Origin: Eledone cirrhosa
Taxonomy: Eukaryota
Assembly: GCA_964016885.1 (NCBI GenBank)
Contig: OZ024747.1
Span: 38,068,001-38,132,000 of the forward strand
Direction: 5' to 3'
Length of the DNA stretch: 64,000 nt
Shown here: in pieces, positions 38,959 to 50,571 of the stretch
Numbering within the stretch: the first letter of the stretch is position 1
Layout: each line of letters starts with the position of its first letter
Position numbers and translations under genes: made by a program
Notes under the pieces: model-generated
The model's database searches: none
Seen by the model: the letters and a program-made list of their open reading frames with translations, nothing else
Told to the model about the DNA's origin: nothing

Positions 38959-41900
38959 CAAGGTGAAGCCAAGCTTCTTACCTCGTTTTTAACCGTTCTA
39001 AACTTTTTATTCAAGTTTCAAACTTGATAAAAGTTTAGAAGAAGTGACCCACCTAATACAGGGGTTCACTCGTAAATAAAACGGCACCCCTTTACGGGGT
39101 GTCGTATTGTGTAAAAATATTATAAAAAAAAATTCTTTCAACATGGATAACACAAGAAAGAGAGAGAGCGCTGTCACCCAACACAGAGAGAGGGAGACTT
39201 TGACAGCATATCAACAAGACAGCGTTCCAGCGAAGGTAAATTTAAAAGAAAATATTACGAAGGAAAAGAGGAACAATAGCAGTTTTAATGATATTGTTAC
39301 AGATTTAAAATTACCAAATATTTCTAACACAAACAACACCAACATTAACACCAACAACAACACAATCAATAACAACAGCAACAAAAAAATAACAGCAGTA
39401 AGATCGAGAACGACAATAACAAAAATAACAGCGGTAAGGTCGAGAACGACAATAAAAATGACAATAACAACAGCCACAACAACAATAATAGTAGAAATAG
39501 TATCAACAAAAACAACAATAATAACAACAGCCACAATAACAGTAACAACAGCAACAGCATCAACGAAAACAACAACAACAGCAACAACAGTACCAACGAA
39601 ACATCAACAATGACATCGATACCTGCAACAGCGATCTCAGCACCACCAGCAGGGCCAGTAGCGGCAGCAATAGTGGTGCTGCTGAAACAAGGACCACTTC
39701 TTTTGCAGGTGTCGCCCGAAATATCGAAACAGTGTTAGTCACAGTGAGGAGATGGCAGTCGCAAGGGTCATGGTGACAAGAAGGGCCAATAGAGTCTCCC
39801 TGAAACCTCCACCCGATTTTTTCATGGACCAGCAGCTACGGACAGTGACTTACTACAGCGTAAGCAAAATCTCACATCGGGTGGAGATAGCCACGGAGGC
39901 TCATATCCCAAAGGCCTTGGGGTCCGTCTGGACACGCAAAACCCACATCACCCGAGTCAGAAAGTACACCACAGTCGACGTAGCTTTCGCCACCACCCAA
40001 GAAGCGAAGTCTCACACTTTGGAAACCCTAAAGAGTGAGGAGATAGACTTGGTGCCCTCCTACTGGGGCAGAAAATTGTGAGGGTCAAAGTGACTCAGGT
40101 CCCACCCGACGTGCCCATACCTTGGCTGGCCGCGGCTGTCCTTGCTGGAATCGAGGCCAGGACGACCATGCTGCAAGTAGAGAAAATAGGGAGAGAGAAC
40201 TGGTCATGTATAGGCATGCAAATGCTTATACAAACTGACCAGGAATGTATCGACGCTATCCCCGATATCATAGACATCGAGGAAGGATTCCAACTCCGTA
40301 TAAGCCTAGGAGGAAGACGGCCAAAATGTTATCTCTGTGGGTCAAAGGGTCACCTCAGGGCCTTTTGTCCGCAGAAGACAGCGAAGAAGAAGGCCCCTCT
40401 CCTTCCAATACCTGGTCCGCTGCTACCAAGAGCAGGGCAGGCAACGAACGCCGAAGCCCCTTCTACGGTGAGTAGGAGGGCAACGTCCGTGGCACCCGTA
40501 CCAAGGCCACGGACACTAAAGCAGCAGCATCAGTGGCGGCAACACCAGTAGCTACATTTGCAGTAGCTACACCAGCAACAACATTGCCGGAGAGGGCTCC
40601 ACTATCACCACAAACAGCCGTGGAGTACATACCCCTCCCAGACGCCACGGAATCCGAAATGGAGTCTGAGGCGGGCGTGAAGTGGCAAACGGTCTGCCAC
40701 AAAAAAGAAAAAAGAAAAAACCCTTAGCTTCACCCTTCAAAAGCAAAGGCACACAAAGAGGGGTAAAGGCTGCAAGGAGACTTGCAGCAACACCTCCACC
40801 ATCACTGCCACAAGCCCTACCGACAACAACAACCACACCGCCACCAGCATCACCAAAAACACCAACAACACAAACAAAACAAAACACACACACCAAATAG
40901 CAACGAAGAAAACAGCAACAAAATCAACCCTTCTCCCAAAAAGTACACAGCCATAAACATGGCAAAATAAAGAACTCATACAATATATAAAGCAGCACAC
41001 AGACATCACAGAAAAAAAACTACTACACCCCCACCAACACCAAGAACTATCCCGACAATCATAAGCATCATTGATATCAAAATAGAACAGTAAAAACTTT
41101 TAAAACAAAAATTCCCCAACGCAGTTGGAGACTTCCGAGGGTCAGTTACCAAGAGGATATACACTGACATCCTCTTGGAAACATCCATGTCCAGTCAAAG
41201 GGCTGGTTCTACTGTCCCTTCACCACACGATCAAGGTAAGTGACCCTTTCTCACTTGACCCGTTTCTCATCCAACATGGCCGTACTTAGAATAGGCAGTA
41301 TAAATGCACGTGGCCTGGCGTCACCTTGGAAGCCGGGTCACATGCTCGACAACCTCAGGTCGCTAAACAGATGTGGTGGCCATCAGCGAGACCAAAATCT
41401 CCGAAGCACTAGCTTTCGCACCGATCTTCGGCGGTTACGATGTATACAGATCTCCAAGCCGTCCAGGATCGGGGGGAGGGGTTGCCGTCCTTTTTCGGAG
41501 AGGCTTGGATCCCGCCATACGGGCCATCTTCCTGGACCCAGAAGGTAAGTCAGTGGTACTGGACGTGACCGGCAGCGAAGGCAATGCTTTCAGGCTAGTA
41601 GCCATCTACGCCTCAACTGGGGCAGGACGGCCAGATTACTTTAGACGTCTAGAGACCTTTCTTGGCACGTCCCGCACTTTAGTGTTAGTGGGCGACTGGA
41701 ACGGTATCTTGGATGCACGCTGGGATTGTGTGGGGCTAGTGGATAGGGAAGGAGGGTTCAAGAGCCTCACCAACCTGCTCAGATGTTTTGAACTGTCTGA
41801 CAGGTATCGACTGGATCACCTAAATGTGCCAATGTGGACATGGACAAATCGCATCGGGTCATCCAGATCGTATCTCGATAATAGGGTATTCTGCAGAGAA

Positions 41901-44829
41901 CTAGATAGGTCTGGTATAAGTTGTCCACAATTTAAAATAGTCGACTACACAGACCACAAATTTGTGATCTGTGAGATCGACATAGAGAGACTTCATAGAC
42001 AAGGACCCGGTTACGGGAAGCTGAACGCGTCTTTCCAAGCGCGCAAAGCCTACAGAGACCGGATTAGCGTATTAATTAATCGGGCGTTGACGCGAGCGAT
42101 CGTCAACAACAGGTGGTGGTTCGCCTTGAAAAGGGCAATTAATGTAGAGTGGATTAGGGTTTGCAAAGGACTAGTGTTAGAGGAAAATAGAGTAGAGGGA
42201 GATCTAGTCAGAAAGCTAGAAGAGGCGTTTAGGACAAGCATCGCAACCAACTTGCTTGCAGCGAGATTGGCACTCAACCAATTCTTCAACGCAAAACACG
42301 AAGGCTGCCTTGTCAGAGCTAGAGCGCGTGCTCTGAAACACGAGGGGACAAAAGCCGTCCAATGGGCCCGGGCGGCAGAGGTGTGATGTGGCAACAAAGC
42401 CACAATTAGGTCTTTGCTGAACTCTTCTGGAGCAGCGGCAGGCCGGATCGGGGTATGGACTTCAGTGCATACCTCGACGGACTGTCTCGGCTCTCGACGA
42501 CCGCAGCACAGTGTTACGAAAAGCCAATAACAGCCGGTGAAATACGGGAAGCGATGGCTAACTGCACGAGAGGTAAATCACCAGGTTTGGATGATCTGCC
42601 CTACGAGCTTTATGCATTTATGCCAGACTTGTTCGGTGACCTCATGGCAGACGTCTACTGCAACTGGCAGCAGAACGGGAGCATTCCCAGTTTTCTGAGC
42701 CGGGGAGCGGTGGCGCTGCTGAGAAAAGACACGAACAAGGGGGATGTTATCGATAACTTGAGGCCAATAACCCTGCTAAACGCAGAGTTCAAGATTTTGT
42801 CTAATGTGTTAGCAACGAGGTTGGCGCTTTTCGTCAACGGTCTGTTGGAAGAGGCGCAGACATGCGCCACCCCGGACAGATCCATACAAGACAACCTCCA
42901 CCTCATGCAATACATCATAGAGAGGGTGCTTAATGAACCTGGCGGCGGTCCTCGAGGCGGACTGTTTCGGGCCAGTTTTCAGGGGTTGGATCGCTGCGAT
43001 GTACAGCGACATCTGCTCAGTTGTGAGAGTGAAAGGTCACCTGTCGCAGCCGTTCAGTATCATGCGCTCGGTCCGCCAGGATTGTCCCTCTCGTCCCTCT
43101 TGTGCGTATTCGCTCTCGAGCAGTTACTGCACAAACTGGGGGCGATGAGGTGCGTCCCACGCGAACTAGGATGCGGGAAATCTGAGTCGGCTTACGCCGA
43201 CGCCTTCACCGTAGTGGTGTCTCGCAGCAGACACGACCGGTTGCGCGGCACCGCTCTCAAGGAATACGAAGCGGTGACAGGAGCAAAGATGAACCAGGAA
43301 AAGTCGGTGGGCTTGCAGCTCGGCACCTGGAGAGGCAAGTCCATGCCGTCCGACAGCGTCGTGGGGCGTTGGACGGACGGACAGGTTAAATTGCTTGGGG
43401 TCTGGTTCGGACCGGACTGAAGCGTGGTGACGAGCAAGTTGGCCTCCCTCACCGAGAAATGGGCCGAGAGGAAGCTGTCCCTAAAAGGCCGGGCGGTGGT
43501 GGCGAATGCGTACATCGCATCCGCCATCTTCTACCGCCTCACCGTCGTCCCTTGCCCCGGCCCAACTCTCACCAAAATGGAGCGCCTCCTCTTCCGCTTT
43601 CTGTGGAAGAGACGCGCACCCACCGTCAGATGATCCATCTGCTGTCAACGCCCGTTGCGTGGAGGACTGGGCATGCCATGGCTGATGATGCGCAAACATG
43701 CGTTGGGGCTGCGACATCTTTGGTGCTTCCTTGACGGTGAACAGGTGCGGTCGCCGTTCGCCAGGTACGTTTTTCCACAGCTCGTCTCCTCGGCGGAGCT
43801 GCAGTCCTAGGTCAGAAATTAACCGAGGGATAGCGCTTGGAAACTGGAATGTCTCCAGGCGCACATCGCCCTCTGCCAGCTGGGCACCAGTATCCGTGGA
43901 ACATCCACCTCGGCGTTCTATAGAGGACTAGTGGATGGGAAGAGCGACGACGTTCTCGGAGAGATCCTGGGCGTGGAAGAAGATAAGCTGTTTGCTCTCT
44001 TCCGGAGAACTTTCAGCCCAGGGCTTATGGATAACTTCCAAAAATCCCTGGCCTGGCAGTGCTACCGGGGAGCGTTACCGGTACGAGATAAGCTCTACAG
44101 GAACGGAAGTGCCGTCAGCTGAGCCTGTCCGAGATGCGCGCAGAGCGACGAAACCGTCGTGCACGCACTCGTTCAGTGTCCGAGCATTGCTGACTTGTTG
44201 AGCTATGTCGAACAGTTGCTGTCGCGTGTAGGACCGATCCGGTTATCGACTGAGTCCATTGTGCAGATGGTCTCGCCTTCTCCCTTCGAGGAGGAAGGGC
44301 AGGCGGGTTTCATCTGTCTGGTGGCCATGGCGAAAGAGATTGTGTGTTGGATAAGGTTGAAAGGGTTAAAGACAGACACTTTCCTCTTCGGCGATTCCCT
44401 GATTAACTTTTTCAAATTTCACTTGAAGAAGAAAATCAGGGTGGAGAGGCACGTGCTGTCTTCTAGCAAGTTTGTTGACAGGTGGGTGAATGTAGCGAGA
44501 ATGGTCCGAGTGAACGGGACCGCTCTGTAGCTTGAGGAATGGGAAGAAATTGAGAGAGGGCGCTTGCCCTGGTGGTCAGGGTGGCTGTAGTCTTTTGTGT
44601 GGTTTCGCCACGAGTAACTCTCGGGGATTTCCCCCCTATTCGGGAATTTTTCATTGTTTCAATTTTCATTTTTATTGTTTATATATATATGTTTATATGT
44701 CTTTTTTTCTTTTCTTATATAAATAATAAAAATCTTTACACGCACAAAACCCACATCGTACCGTCCTGTACCGTCCTGTGCCGTCTGTAATAGTTTTCTT
44801 GGTGTCATCCCTTGTGGCCAATAAAGAAA

Positions 44830-44861
<32 letters not shown>
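38959..44861 (+). mobile_element. L1/Tx1-clade element, copy C (full-length, same subfamily as copy A, frameshifted)
   Basis: Hairpin-rich 5' UTR; ORF1 with CYLCGSKGHLRAFC; ORF2 fragments 41373-44530; 3' UTR nearly identical to copy A; AATAAA then (ATT)n. Confidence 0.93.
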
Positions 44862-44863
44862 TC

Positions 44864-45035
44864 TTAGAGGGTCGTTGGTTCAGCAGGTCCTGTCAGAAGC
44901 AACCGTTTCCAACTGATCTCTGTGGATCTCCAAACAAGACCAGCCGTGCTCATGGATGTTATCCCACCATCTGGTTCGGGGTCTACCATTGTGTCTACTG
45001 CCAGTTGGTATTGCCTGTAAAATCTGTCCAGGGAT
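44864..45035 (-). mobile_element. RTE-clade 3'-end fragment (third family)
   Basis: QILQAIPTGSRHNGRPRTRWWDNI...LETVASDR. Confidence 0.75.
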
Positions 45036-45210
45036 TTTTTTACTGAGATATTCTGTAGAATCAAGAAATTCAATTTTATATGCAATATCTTCAACCAAAT
45101 CTTCAAACATCCAATAATCATCGCCAAGATTCCCAATACAACTGGGATTATAAATAATTGGTGGAAATTACTGATTCTCAGCATAAAGTATTTCAGGTCT
45201 TGCAACTGTT
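45036..45210 (-). mobile_element. Ancient Dong-type REL C-terminal relic
   Basis: IIPVVLGILAMI...WLKIL...LQN resembles the REL C-terminus of the other Dong copies. Confidence 0.5.
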
Positions 45211-45974
45211 CTATTTTCTTGCGTTTTTTGTCTACTACTCAAACACCGAATTGACAAGCAATATGGATTAACCACCGCACTATTTCTTTTCCCTTGAGTA
45301 TAATACTCTCTGTACATATACGCATTTTATGGTTTGTATATCTATTTGAATCTTCATGTCCCCAAATACATTTACATGACATCATGTTTGATATTGTACA
45401 CAGCCAAATGTTATTTTGTCTTAGCGTTCAGTTATTCGCTTCTCAGTCAATATTGCAAATTTTTCTTTTTACGTCCACCCTATTCAGCCATATCTGATAT
45501 CGACCATGTAGTGACCTTTCTTGCTAGTGTTTTATAAGGGCATTCTTTAGCTCTGTTTTTAACTTTGACGTTAGTGTTGTAATAATTTCATCTGTTATTT
45601 CGCATTCTAGTTTCATAAATATTTATCATTTCAATCGCTGATTTGTATTTGATGGCGTCTTTGAAAACAGAAAATAATTTCTGATTTAGTTTTTGTATTT
45701 GTATTTCATTATTCTGTTTTATGCAATTTTGAAACATTACAGTGGATATTTGAAATAGTTATATAGCTGCATAACGTCCATTTATTCACGGTAAATATAA
45801 CTATTTCAATCTGGGCGTTGGGTGTTCTATTCTAAATGTAGCAATTTCTTTTTCCCGTCTTGCTATGTGAGTTCGATTGGCATCCAGTTACGAATATTGA
45901 ACTGTAACGTAATACTGTGAAATCAAGGGTATTCATGTCCATTTCCATATTTTTGCATTTAGTTCTTACGGACA

Positions 45975-46236
45975 AAACCAACTGACAGTAGACCCAGGGG
46001 TAGACCCCGTGCAAGATTGTTAGATAACATCAATGAGATCGACTGGTCACGCTTGGGGATCCAGCCGTATCAGTTGGAAGTGGTTGCTTCTCACAGGACC
46101 CACAGCACAGGAAGGAGTATTTGAGGACTCTGCTCCCACGGCCCCATCAGAAATAAGTGGGCAAAGAAGAAGAAGAAGAAGAAGAAGAAGAAGAAGAAGA
46201 AGAAGAAGAAGAAGAAGATGATGATGATGATGATGA
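45975..46236 (+). mobile_element. RTE-clade 3'-end fragment with (GAA)n(GAT)n tail
   Basis: PTDSRPRGRPRARLLDNI...WSRLGI...LEVVAS; homologous to 44864-45035; tandem-repeat tail at 46165-46236. Confidence 0.8.
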
Positions 46237-47899
46237 TTAACTCGAGGCTTTTGTTTATCTTTCTCCAAGGATATTGGACTTAATTTGCAGCATCATTTGT
46301 CTTAATTATCCATTTCACGTCATTGGCTCTCATAAGTTATGTTTCTGAGATAATTAGCTTTTAATCATCAACATTTTTCTGATTAAAAAAGTGCCTGTCT
46401 TATTTCCTACATACAAATATCTATCCGCTCATCTACAATCTTGATCAGACTGTTTTATGCTAATGAGATCCAATAGACCGAAACACGTGCAAAGCCGTTC
46501 ATTATTTGCCACCCGCAAAAAAGAAAAGATTAAGCTAACCTATCTTTAAGTTTGAATTAACTTGGAAATTGAATTTTTAATTTCTTTCAAATAACTCCCC
46601 GCCCTCTTTTCAAACCTGCTAACAAATCATGTTAAATTGATGCTTAATTTTCTCCAACTAGAGAAGTATAAATTAATTGAGAATTGTTTTCCTTACGACA
46701 TTCATTTTTCATCGTTTAATCAAGTTAGTCTCACTGTTATTCTGTTCTTTAGCTTTTGTTTCATACTCGCATTTAGATTTTATAGAAACATGTTCCTGTG
46801 TTTGTATTCTAAATATATAGATGCGTTCTATAGAAAAAACAACAAATATTGGTATTCTCCCTGAAAACACCATAATCTTAAGTATCACATATTCTTTTCC
46901 TTTTCTGAAAGTTCGCCATCTTCGGAATGATTCTTGACGTTCCCAGGAGGCATGCAATCTATCGCAATTTTCCTCTCCCAGGTCACAATCATATCTCTCA
47001 CTGAACCACGGCCGACCTCTTTTATGCTTCTGTGGTATATTGTTTACTTCCTTAAATGTTATTAGTAATTGAATAAGGAACAGTAAATTACAAATTTCTA
47101 TTTCGACACAATGAAGCATAATAAACTGTAGAACTGAGGAACTGTAAAACTGTTGAACTGAACCAAGGATGTAACAATAATGACACTGAACGAGTTCCAT
47201 ACGCGACAACTTCAATGAGTTTTAGTTGCCTAATCTCTTCGTTTTGCTCTATTCTGGTGAAAGGTGGACATTAGTTTATAATTTGAACTTCGTTCGTCAC
47301 TTTATCCTCAACTATGATATCTGACTTGTGTCCTAGGCTTTTACCAACCTGTATTAAAAAGTCTCATAACAGCTTTAGATATTCAGATTTCATTTTCTGC
47401 TAAATTTGGACACTCATTCCCAATATGAGTAATGATTTAATTGCATTCCCCGAAGATTGCAAAATGGCGAGACATTTTTTTGTCAAACTGATTCTTGATA
47501 ATATTTGTACTGGTGGCCTGAACTTGAGCTACTATAATTATACTTACTGCGTCTTTCTTGAAGTAATTTCTGTCAATAAACCCTATGTGTTGTTCCCTCT
47601 ACTCCCTTCCTTTGTCGTATCAAACAGGCCGTATATAAATTTGATCTCTCTCGTTACTCTATTCTTCCTGAAAACTTTTCGAATCCTCATCTCCTTTACC
47701 CCCTTTGAAAACCTCTACTTTTTCTACCTTCATCATCAATGTTTTATTGCTTACAATGCAATTTAAGAAGCTAAATCATCCTATTCTCACACAATCTTCT
47801 ACATCGATAGGCCACTACCAGCCCTAACTCTCTTTACATATAACCACACTATATCTGCTAGCGGGTGTGGCCTGAGAGGAAGCTTTGCAGAGTTAATAG

Positions 47900-48440
47900 C
47901 TTCCTTCATTTCCTATACATTTCTTGCAATTCTGCTTCTGTCTAATCAAATATCCATGCACCATATAGAAACTTTACAGCTGATATAATATTTATTCCAT
48001 TTATCTTACCTTTTAATAATATATACTCGTCTGGTGTATTCCGTACTAATGCTAACTTTCATTTCAACATGCTTTATGTCATTTGCTTCTAAGATATCTA
48101 AGTATTTGTATCTTCTATCATTTTGTATGGATTTCATAGCTTTTTCATCTGATTTATGTTACCATCACTTCTTTATTCGTAACCAGAACAGCACATTTTG
48201 ATGGCTTGCATTCCATTCTTGTTTTCAGAAAGAATTAATACAGTTTTTATCAGACTATTGAGCTGATCTTCATTCTTTGAAAGAAGATTAAGGTCACACA
48301 TGATTATCAGGTGATTGATGTTCCCGCATAGATCATATGAAATTTCCACCTTGCACAGTTGCAATGAAAGTGGAATTATTACATTACAATAACTATAAAA
48401 GAGACAAACTATCTCCCTGAAGGTTATCGTGTTTAATTTT
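47900..48440 (-). mobile_element. Ancient Dong-type RT relic
   Basis: QGDSLS at ~48402-48419, INHLIIMCDLNLLSKNEDQLNSLIKTV, YKYLDILEA. Confidence 0.7.
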
Positions 48441-48479
48441 CTAGCTGAATACCACCCGAAACCACCCCGGTATTATGCT

Positions 48480-49700
48480 ATTTCATAAAGGTGGTCACGA
48501 CTTGGACCGGTTTAAAAAAGATTCAATTATTACTTTTAATTAGTTAGGACTCAGGATAACGGTAGCTACCAACCTCTCTAGCGTAGATTACTTAGACATA
48601 AATCGAGACCTTCGCACACACACCTTTAGACCCCTCCATAAACCAAATGGAAAACTTAGTTACATACATAAGGACTCATGCCACCCTCCTACAGTTTTTA
48701 GAAACTTCGTGAATAATATCGGTACTAGAATCTCTAACTTCTCCTCTAATAAAGCAAGACAGAGCGGCACCCTACTACAACGAGGCGTTAGCTAACAGCG
48801 GCTTCTCGCAACCAATTTCTACTCCCCTGCTAGCACCAACAGCAATAAGAAAAGAAATCGTGCTAATAGAAAAGCAATCTGGTCCTCTCCCCACTTCTCA
48901 CTCAACGTTAAAACTAACGTAGGAAATGTTTTTTAACTCTCTTATATAGACACTTTACCATAGGTCACAAATACCGCTCCATCTTTAACAGACACAGGTA
49001 AAACTAAGATACGCCTGTGCTAAGAATATGAATGCCCACATCACCAACAGCCCTAAGAGCAGCACTCCACCAGGATGCTCATTTGGGAACCTGAAGCTTA
49101 CCCCTTCAACAACAATGCAACACACCCTCTGTAATTTACGAAGCTGTGATCACTTCCAACCGACCAAATCAGCAAAAACAGGTTAAATCCTATGTAGCTA
49201 TGGCGGAGGGCCGATTTAAGGGACGCTCCCTGAACCATAAGTGGACCTTTAGATACCCGAACAAACGATCGTCCACGAAATGTCCCTCAAACGATCGTCC
49301 ACGTATGGTCACTCAAAGACTCAGGCGTAGACTACTCCATCCAATGAAACGCTATCACTAGGTCCAAGCCATACGCAAAGGGTAATCCGTCCTGTAGACT
49401 GTGCATTGAAGAGAGGATCAATATCCCAAGAAGTTTACACAATAGGGATTGCCTAAATCAAGGAATGAACTCTTTTCACGTTGTCCACACGTCTGGAAAC
49501 ACTTTTTACATAATCACAAAGCTACAGATTTAATAACATCAACAATCTAATATTTTGAATAAGCTCGAATAATTTATTCCGGACATCCACAGTTAACTCC
49601 CTTATATCGGTCGTGGGATTACCTCACCCACGAGAAGTGACCGTTTCTGCGCAAGCGTATTCGTACGGTTGTTTTTCATTTTCCGTACAACTTCATTCAG
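48480..49700 (+). mobile_element. Penelope-like element relic (RT C-terminus + GIY-YIG), probably Naiad-type
   Basis: LGLRITV..NLSSVDYLD...KPN...YIHKDSCHPP, AAPYYNEAL, FSLNVKTNVG, decayed CxCx5Cx5C linker, VIYEA...YVAMAEGRFKGR..NH, CRLCIEE...RNEL..CPH. Confidence 0.88.
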
Positions 49701-49727
49701 TTATACATTCATACATATATACATATG

Positions 49728-49876
<149 letters not shown>

Positions 49877-50044
49877 GGAACACACTGCATGGACACACTC
49901 TGTGTAAGAGGTAGACCGAGGTTAACATATGTTGATGCCCTAAGGAGATTTGTTTCTTGGAGACGCAGGACATGTTTGAGATAATGAGGGACAGAGACCG
50001 CTGGAGAGAACTCGTCCATCGATCTCGGGAATTTTACCCGCCCT
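49877..50044 (+). mobile_element. 3'-terminal fragment of the RTE family at 34073-37336
   Basis: RGRPRLTYVDALR and ...gggaattttacccgccct terminus. Confidence 0.88.
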
Positions 50045-50235
50045 ATATATATGAGAAAAACTACAGACCCTCCATCTCAACTCTACTTTTGAAACCGGTA
50101 AAGGAAACAAATAAATATATATATATTTAAAAAAAATAAGACTCCAGTTGCATTTTCGATTTCATGTTTTTTCATTTATACTTTCACTCGTGTTGGACAC
50201 CTCGGTTATTTTTCATTTTGTAAAAAAAACCTCAC

Positions 50236-50295
<60 letters not shown>

Positions 50296-50439
50296 GGGTA
50301 GAACACTGGAAGGTAATATCCTTAGTGGTAGAGCACTCAGTCCATGGGACGGGTTAGGTAGAAGTGGTAGCACAACAGTTAGTTCACCATACCGAGAAAA
50401 ATTTATTCACCTTAGCGGATACTCAGCTCGTAATGGACA

Positions 50440-50570
50440 TGATTATACGGAACAGGAAGGACAACCGTATGAACACGCATGCGCAAAAACGGTCACTCCA
50501 CCCGGCATTACAAGGCTGCGTGCGAGAACTGTAGGGGAGATAACTGCGAAAGTCCGAAAGGTTCTAGGGG
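50440..50570 (-). mobile_element. Inverted, diverged homolog of the Penelope-like 3' terminal region
   Basis: Reverse complement of 50446-50497 matches 49636-49687 at 44/52 nt ungapped; reverse complement of 50530-50559 matches 49577-49606 at 23/30 nt. Confidence 0.75.
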
Positions 50571-50571
50571 A

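Noticed and set aside
43215-43255. Mismatch cluster in Tx1 copy C versus copy A as a second editing patch
   Set aside because: Mixed substitution types with no single-direction bias; more like local error or repair, and a caution for the 38.0-kb patch
17277-44669. Antisense Leu/Val-rich and other overlapping ORFs within the Tx1 copies
   Set aside because: Shadows of (AAC)/(ACC)-rich ORF1 and GC-rich ORF2; boundaries not conserved between copies
49040-49500. Selenocysteine recoding in the PLE
   Set aside because: Cys positions read TGC/TGT or missense, not TGA; no SECIS evident
49636-49700. Hammerhead on the minus strand (ctgaatga...stem...gaat)
   Set aside because: Core spacing and GAAA/UH are non-canonical in both homologous copies; kept only as a conserved hairpin
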